Shown here one piece after another: positions 17,982-20,949 of a stretch of DNA of 20,949 bases. Positions within the stretch are counted from its first letter, which is position 1. Each line of letters starts with the position of its first letter. The stretch is taken from the NCBI GenBank assembly GCA_038215615.1, contig JBBQQR010000028.1, forward strand, positions 1 to 20,949, written 5' to 3'. Under the pieces are notes generated by a model. The model saw nothing but the letters and a program-made list of their open reading frames with translations. It searched no databases and was not told where the DNA came from. The DNA is from Vulcanimicrobiales bacterium. GTDB lineage: Bacteria > Vulcanimicrobiota > Vulcanimicrobiia > Vulcanimicrobiales > Vulcanimicrobiaceae. The position numbers and the translations under genes are program-made.

Positions 17982-18180
17982 ACGCTGCACGGGTACTGGC
18001 TCGGCCACGCGGATTCCGAGGATGCCCTCAAGACTTGGTACACAGTGGCCAGGAAAGCCAAATATCAAGGGAAATAGTTATCGGCTGATCACATGCATCG
18101 GGTATCGCTTGGGAATCGTTTTTGTGTCGGCTGTCTTGACGCATGCGGAGTACAATAAGAATCGATGGAAACGTAAATGA
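17982..18180 (+). pseudogene. higB: HigB/RelE-family toxin pseudogene (5' eroded, internal deletion with frameshift)
   Basis: TLHGYWLGHADSEDALKTWYTVARKAK (17982-18062) is followed in the +1 frame by NIKGNSYRLITCIGYRLGIVFVSAVLTHAEYNKNRWKRK* (18061-18180). The stop overlaps the higA start (ATGA). Confidence 0.85.
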
Positions 18181-18569
18181 AGGCTTTGGACATCGCTTAT
18201 AAACGGATTGTGACGCGAGAGGTGCCTCGACCAATTCGCTCAAGCAAGGAATATGAGCTTTACCTTGAGCGGGTCGAGACATTGATGGGCAAGGTCCACC
18301 GATCTGCAGCCGAGAGCCAGTTCCTTGAGCTGCTCTCTATTCTGGTGGATCGGTATGAGGAAGAGCGCCATCCAATTGAAACCCCAGAGCCTCGCGTTGC
18401 TCTGCGCGAGCTGATGAGCTCCAATGCGGTGTCACAAGCAGAAATCGCTCGTTTGCTGGGTTCTAGCGGTGTTACTTCGGAGATTCTCTCCGGGAAGCGA
18501 GAACTAAGCAAGAGCCAAATTAGGAAGCTTTCGCAGCGATTCGGCGTTTCTCCGGAGCTGTTTCTTTAG
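18177..18569 (+). CDS. higA: HigA-family antitoxin, HTH-XRE
   Basis: PRPIRSSKEYE, LELLSILVDRYEEERHPI, HTH SQAEIARLLGSSGVTSEILSGKRELS, RFGVSPELFL. Confidence 0.9.
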   Translation: MKALDIAYKRIVTREVPRPIRSSKEYELYLERVETLMGKVHRSAAESQFLELLSILVDRYEEERHPIETPEPRVALRELMSSNAVSQAEIARLLGSSGVTSEILSGKRELSKSQIRKLSQRFGVSPELFL

Positions 18570-18579
18570 GAGAGAAGAC

Positions 18580-18605
18580 GAGGGTGATTTCCGTTGGGGC
18601 GGGTA
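18580..18605 (+). promoter_or_regulatory. Putative leaderless promoter of the AKR gene
   Basis: GAGGG-N16-GGGTA-N11-ATG with no SD. Confidence 0.4.
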
Positions 18606-18616
18606 TATCGCTCGCC

Positions 18617-19462
18617 ATGGCAGATATGGTCGAGACTATTACTATTGGCGGGGAGCTGACCGTGAACCGGATGGGCTTCGGCGGCATGCGGTTGTGCGGA
18701 CCGGGCATCTGGGGCTGGCCCGAGGACCGTGAAAACGCGCTGCACGTGCTGCGCCGCGCGGTCGAGCTGGGCGTCAATTTTATCGACACGGCCGACTCAT
18801 ACGGGCCGGAAGTTAATGAAGAGCAGATCGCGCAGGCGCTCTATCCCTATCCCGACGGCTTGGTGATCGCGACCAAGGGCGGCCTGACGCGCGGCGGTCC
18901 GGGCAAATGGGAGCGCGACGGGCGGCCCGAGCGGCTGAAGAAATGTTGCGAGGCGAGCTTGCGGCGCTTAAAGTTGGATCGCATCGATATCTATCAGCTG
19001 CATGCGCCCGATGAAAGGTATCCGCTAGCAGATATGATCGGCGCGCTCGTCGAGCTGCGCGAAGCGGGGAAGATCCGTTTCATCGGCGTCTCGAATTTCT
19101 CGCTCGACCAGCTGAAGCAGGCGCGCGAGATGACGGAGATCGTTTCGCTTCAGAACCCGTACAACTACGCCGAACGCCACGACAACGATGACGCACTCGA
19201 TTACTGCGAACGCGAAGGCCTGGCGTTTCTGCCCTACTTTCCTTTGAATGCGGGTGATGTTATGACTCACCCGGAGGTGGAGGCAGTCGCAAAGAAGCAC
19301 GACGCCACCGTGTTTCAGATTGCTTTGGCTTGGCTGCTGCACCGCTCGAAAGCGACGATTCCGATTCCAGGAACGCAATCGCTTAAGCATTTGGAAGAGA
19401 ACATCGCGGCGGCCGGCATTGAGTTTGACGAGGACGATCTTACTCGCTTAGCTTTGCGTTAA
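18617..19462 (+). CDS. Aldo/keto reductase (YdbC/AKR13-like)
   Basis: RMGFGGMRL, FIDTADSYG, IATKGG, SLRRLKLDRIDIYQLH, GVSN, QNPYN, IPIPGT; ATG18617 preferred. Confidence 0.93.
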   Translation: MADMVETITIGGELTVNRMGFGGMRLCGPGIWGWPEDRENALHVLRRAVELGVNFIDTADSYGPEVNEEQIAQALYPYPDGLVIATKGGLTRGGPGKWERDGRPERLKKCCEASLRRLKLDRIDIYQLHAPDERYPLADMIGALVELREAGKIRFIGVSNFSLDQLKQAREMTEIVSLQNPYNYAERHDNDDALDYCEREGLAFLPYFPLNAGDVMTHPEVEAVAKKHDATVFQIALAWLLHRSKATIPIPGTQSLKHLEENIAAAGIEFDEDDLTRLALR

Positions 19463-19529
19463 GGCGCACGCTTGGTTTGCCGCGACGAACCACGGCCACA
19501 TTTCGTTTCGGCTCCAGGAGGAGCGCCCC

Positions 19530-20108
19530 ATGAAAAATGTACACGTTGCAGTTCTTGCAACATTATTTGGAATCAGTGCGGCGTCCGGAATTGCTCTCAC
19601 ACAGGCGCAACACCCGGGCAATAACAGCGGGCTCTTGGCTGCGACGGCGTCGATGGCGTCGGCCGACGAAAACGACCATGGCGAGGGCCGTGGAAAGCAC
19701 AATCGCAACGGCAGCCGGCAGAACGGCCCGTGCAACGACAACAACGGTAACTGGCAGAGCGGCCAGCGAAATGGCGACGACGAGAACGATAACGAACAGG
19801 GCAATCAGAATAACCAAGGCAACGGCAATCGCGGCAAGCACCGCGGTTGGCAGAACCCGAACAATCCGCACAATTGCGCAAACAATGGCGGCTGGAACGG
19901 CCAGAAAGGCAACTCCACGCTGCGCGGAACCATCACATCCGTAAACGGGAACCAGGTTACGCTGATGGCGGGGTTCGGCAACGTCGTCACGATCAACGAC
20001 CAGCCGGCGTTGAACAATCAGCAGACGGGCCGCGTCGTCGTCGGACGCTACGTGACGGCCTATGGATACTACCAGAATGGGATCTTTTACGCGACGTCCC
20101 TGCAATAG
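19530..20108 (+). CDS. Secreted Asn/Gly/Gln-rich protein with a small C-terminal beta (OB-like) domain
   Basis: SD AGGAGGAG, signal peptide, low-complexity middle, C-terminal LRGTITSVNG...VGRYVTAYG. Confidence 0.82.
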   Translation: MKNVHVAVLATLFGISAASGIALTQAQHPGNNSGLLAATASMASADENDHGEGRGKHNRNGSRQNGPCNDNNGNWQSGQRNGDDENDNEQGNQNNQGNGNRGKHRGWQNPNNPHNCANNGGWNGQKGNSTLRGTITSVNGNQVTLMAGFGNVVTINDQPALNNQQTGRVVVGRYVTAYGYYQNGIFYATSLQ

Positions 20109-20129
20109 CGGTACCGCGTAAGCAAGGCC

Positions 20130-20162
20130 AAACGCCTCTCTCCGGAGGGGCGTTTTTCTTTT
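20130..20162 (+). terminator. Rho-independent terminator
   Basis: AAACGCCTCTC-TCCG-GAGGGGCGTTT followed by TTCTTTT, between convergent genes. Confidence 0.85.
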
Positions 20163-20168
20163 ACGGGG

Positions 20169-20894
20169 CTAGAATTGCTCGGGCGTTAAAAGGGCTTCGT
20201 AAAAATCGCCGCGTTTGTAACCGGGAATCGTGCGCGCGGCAATGTCTTCGACAAACGTTCCGCCGACCGTGTCGGGTTTTCGGCGAGCATAATCTGTTAG
20301 CACCGCTAAGAAGGCCGCGTTAAAGCCTCTGCGGGGAAGGGCAGTGAGCAGTTGCGCGACGGCGGATTTGTCCACGTATTGAAGGAAGGCGCCCCCGACG
20401 TCGGTCAAGACGCCGGCGCTGAGCAAGAATACCTCGGGCTCTTTGAAGCGGGCGATTGAAAAGATGCTATGCAGGGTGACGGCGTCCCATCCGACCTGCG
20501 CGTCGGCACTTGTGCGGTTCGCGGCCGTGAGTATTTGCTTGGTGAGATCGGCGCCATCGATTTCAAAGCGAACGTGCGGTGTCGCGAATTCCTTCGACAG
20601 GCCGACGTCGTGCAGCATGGCGGCGATGTAGACGATTTCGGGGTCGTGCTTTTTGCCGCGCGCGTGGGCGATGAGTTCCGCAAACACGAACGAGCGGGCG
20701 GAGTGGCGGAAAATCTCGGGCGCCTCGACGTCCTGCGCTTGAATCGCGGCCTGTTTAGCGGCGTACGAGTCGGGGATCTTGACGCCGGCGATAGTGGCCG
20801 GAAGCGGCGACTCTGCGGCGGCTGCGCGGCCAAGCGGGGCGGCCGCGGCAATCATTGACGCGGTCGAGACACAGCAGAAGTCCGAGCGTTTCAT
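20169..20894 (-). CDS. HD-domain protein (cyanamide-hydratase-like clade) with Tat-like signal peptide
   Basis: IPDS, RHSARSFVFA, AMLHDVGL, RFEIDGAD, WDAVTLH, LPRRGF; N-terminus MKRSDF...AAAA. Confidence 0.85.
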   Translation of the reverse strand: MKRSDFCCVSTASMIAAAAPLGRAAAAESPLPATIAGVKIPDSYAAKQAAIQAQDVEAPEIFRHSARSFVFAELIAHARGKKHDPEIVYIAAMLHDVGLSKEFATPHVRFEIDGADLTKQILTAANRTSADAQVGWDAVTLHSIFSIARFKEPEVFLLSAGVLTDVGGAFLQYVDKSAVAQLLTALPRRGFNAAFLAVLTDYARRKPDTVGGTFVEDIAARTIPGYKRGDFYEALLTPEQF

Positions 20895-20904
20895 TTGCGG
20901 TATT

Positions 20905-20930
20905 TTCGTAGTGCTTGCCGCGCTGCCCTC
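20905..20930 (-). promoter_or_regulatory. Putative leaderless promoter of the HD gene
   Basis: Minus strand GAGGG-N16-ACGAA-N10-ATG with no SD; GAGGG lies inside REP copy 4. Confidence 0.4.
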
Positions 20931-20949
20931 GACTACGCTCAGGATGACA
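20925..20949. repeat. REP-like palindromic element, copy 4 (single module, at the window end)
   Basis: GCCC-TCGAC-TAC-GCTC-AGGA-TGACA; imperfect outer stem. Confidence 0.8.

Noticed and set aside
17397..18068. ORF 17397..18077 (+) as a gene, and the 54-aa thrS extension to 18068
   Set aside because: The + ORF is antisense to thrS except its last ~30 codons, which belong to the higB relic. The extension is antisense to higB and is not a TGS domain.
9340..20949. REP copies or the 20-bp duplication as a CRISPR array
   Set aside because: Dispersed, no regular repeat-spacer periodicity, and no cas genes.
1..20949. tRNA, rRNA, T-box leader or island att site
   Set aside because: No cloverleaf, rRNA or T-box signature recognised, and no direct repeat found at the hsdR/amidohydrolase boundary.

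Overview
Bacterial genomic window with two parts. Bases 1-7546 are a visibly lower-GC defence-island-like block: the start of a putative IS1380-like transposase, an interrupted small HTH-like gene, a DUF6414-type gene and a complete type I restriction-modification operon (hsdM-hsdS-hsdR). Bases 7564-20949 are mostly GC-rich housekeeping and accessory genes: a YtcJ-like amidohydrolase, a secreted alpha/beta hydrolase, an MDR oxidoreductase, DUF5069, DUF5063, an SHS-family MFS transporter, a Pro/Ser/Thr-rich lipoprotein, a TGS-less thrS, higA, an aldo/keto reductase, an Asn/Gly-rich secreted protein and an HD protein. Structure not shown by the ORF track includes four co-oriented copies (seven modules) of a modular, covarying palindromic REP-like element, N4-TCGAC-x-GCTC-N4'-TGACA. 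Its TGACA ends abut truncated or remodelled genes and local duplications, and in two cases its other end supplies the upstream box of a recurring, probably leaderless promoter pattern. There are also several gene relics: higB with an internal deletion, vapC/PIN, chrA, a pentapeptide-repeat gene and a frameshifted membrane protein. Gene style suggests a Candidatus Eremiobacterota/Vulcanimicrobiota-like host, but this is a weak inference. All family calls come from recognising motifs by eye; no searches were run.
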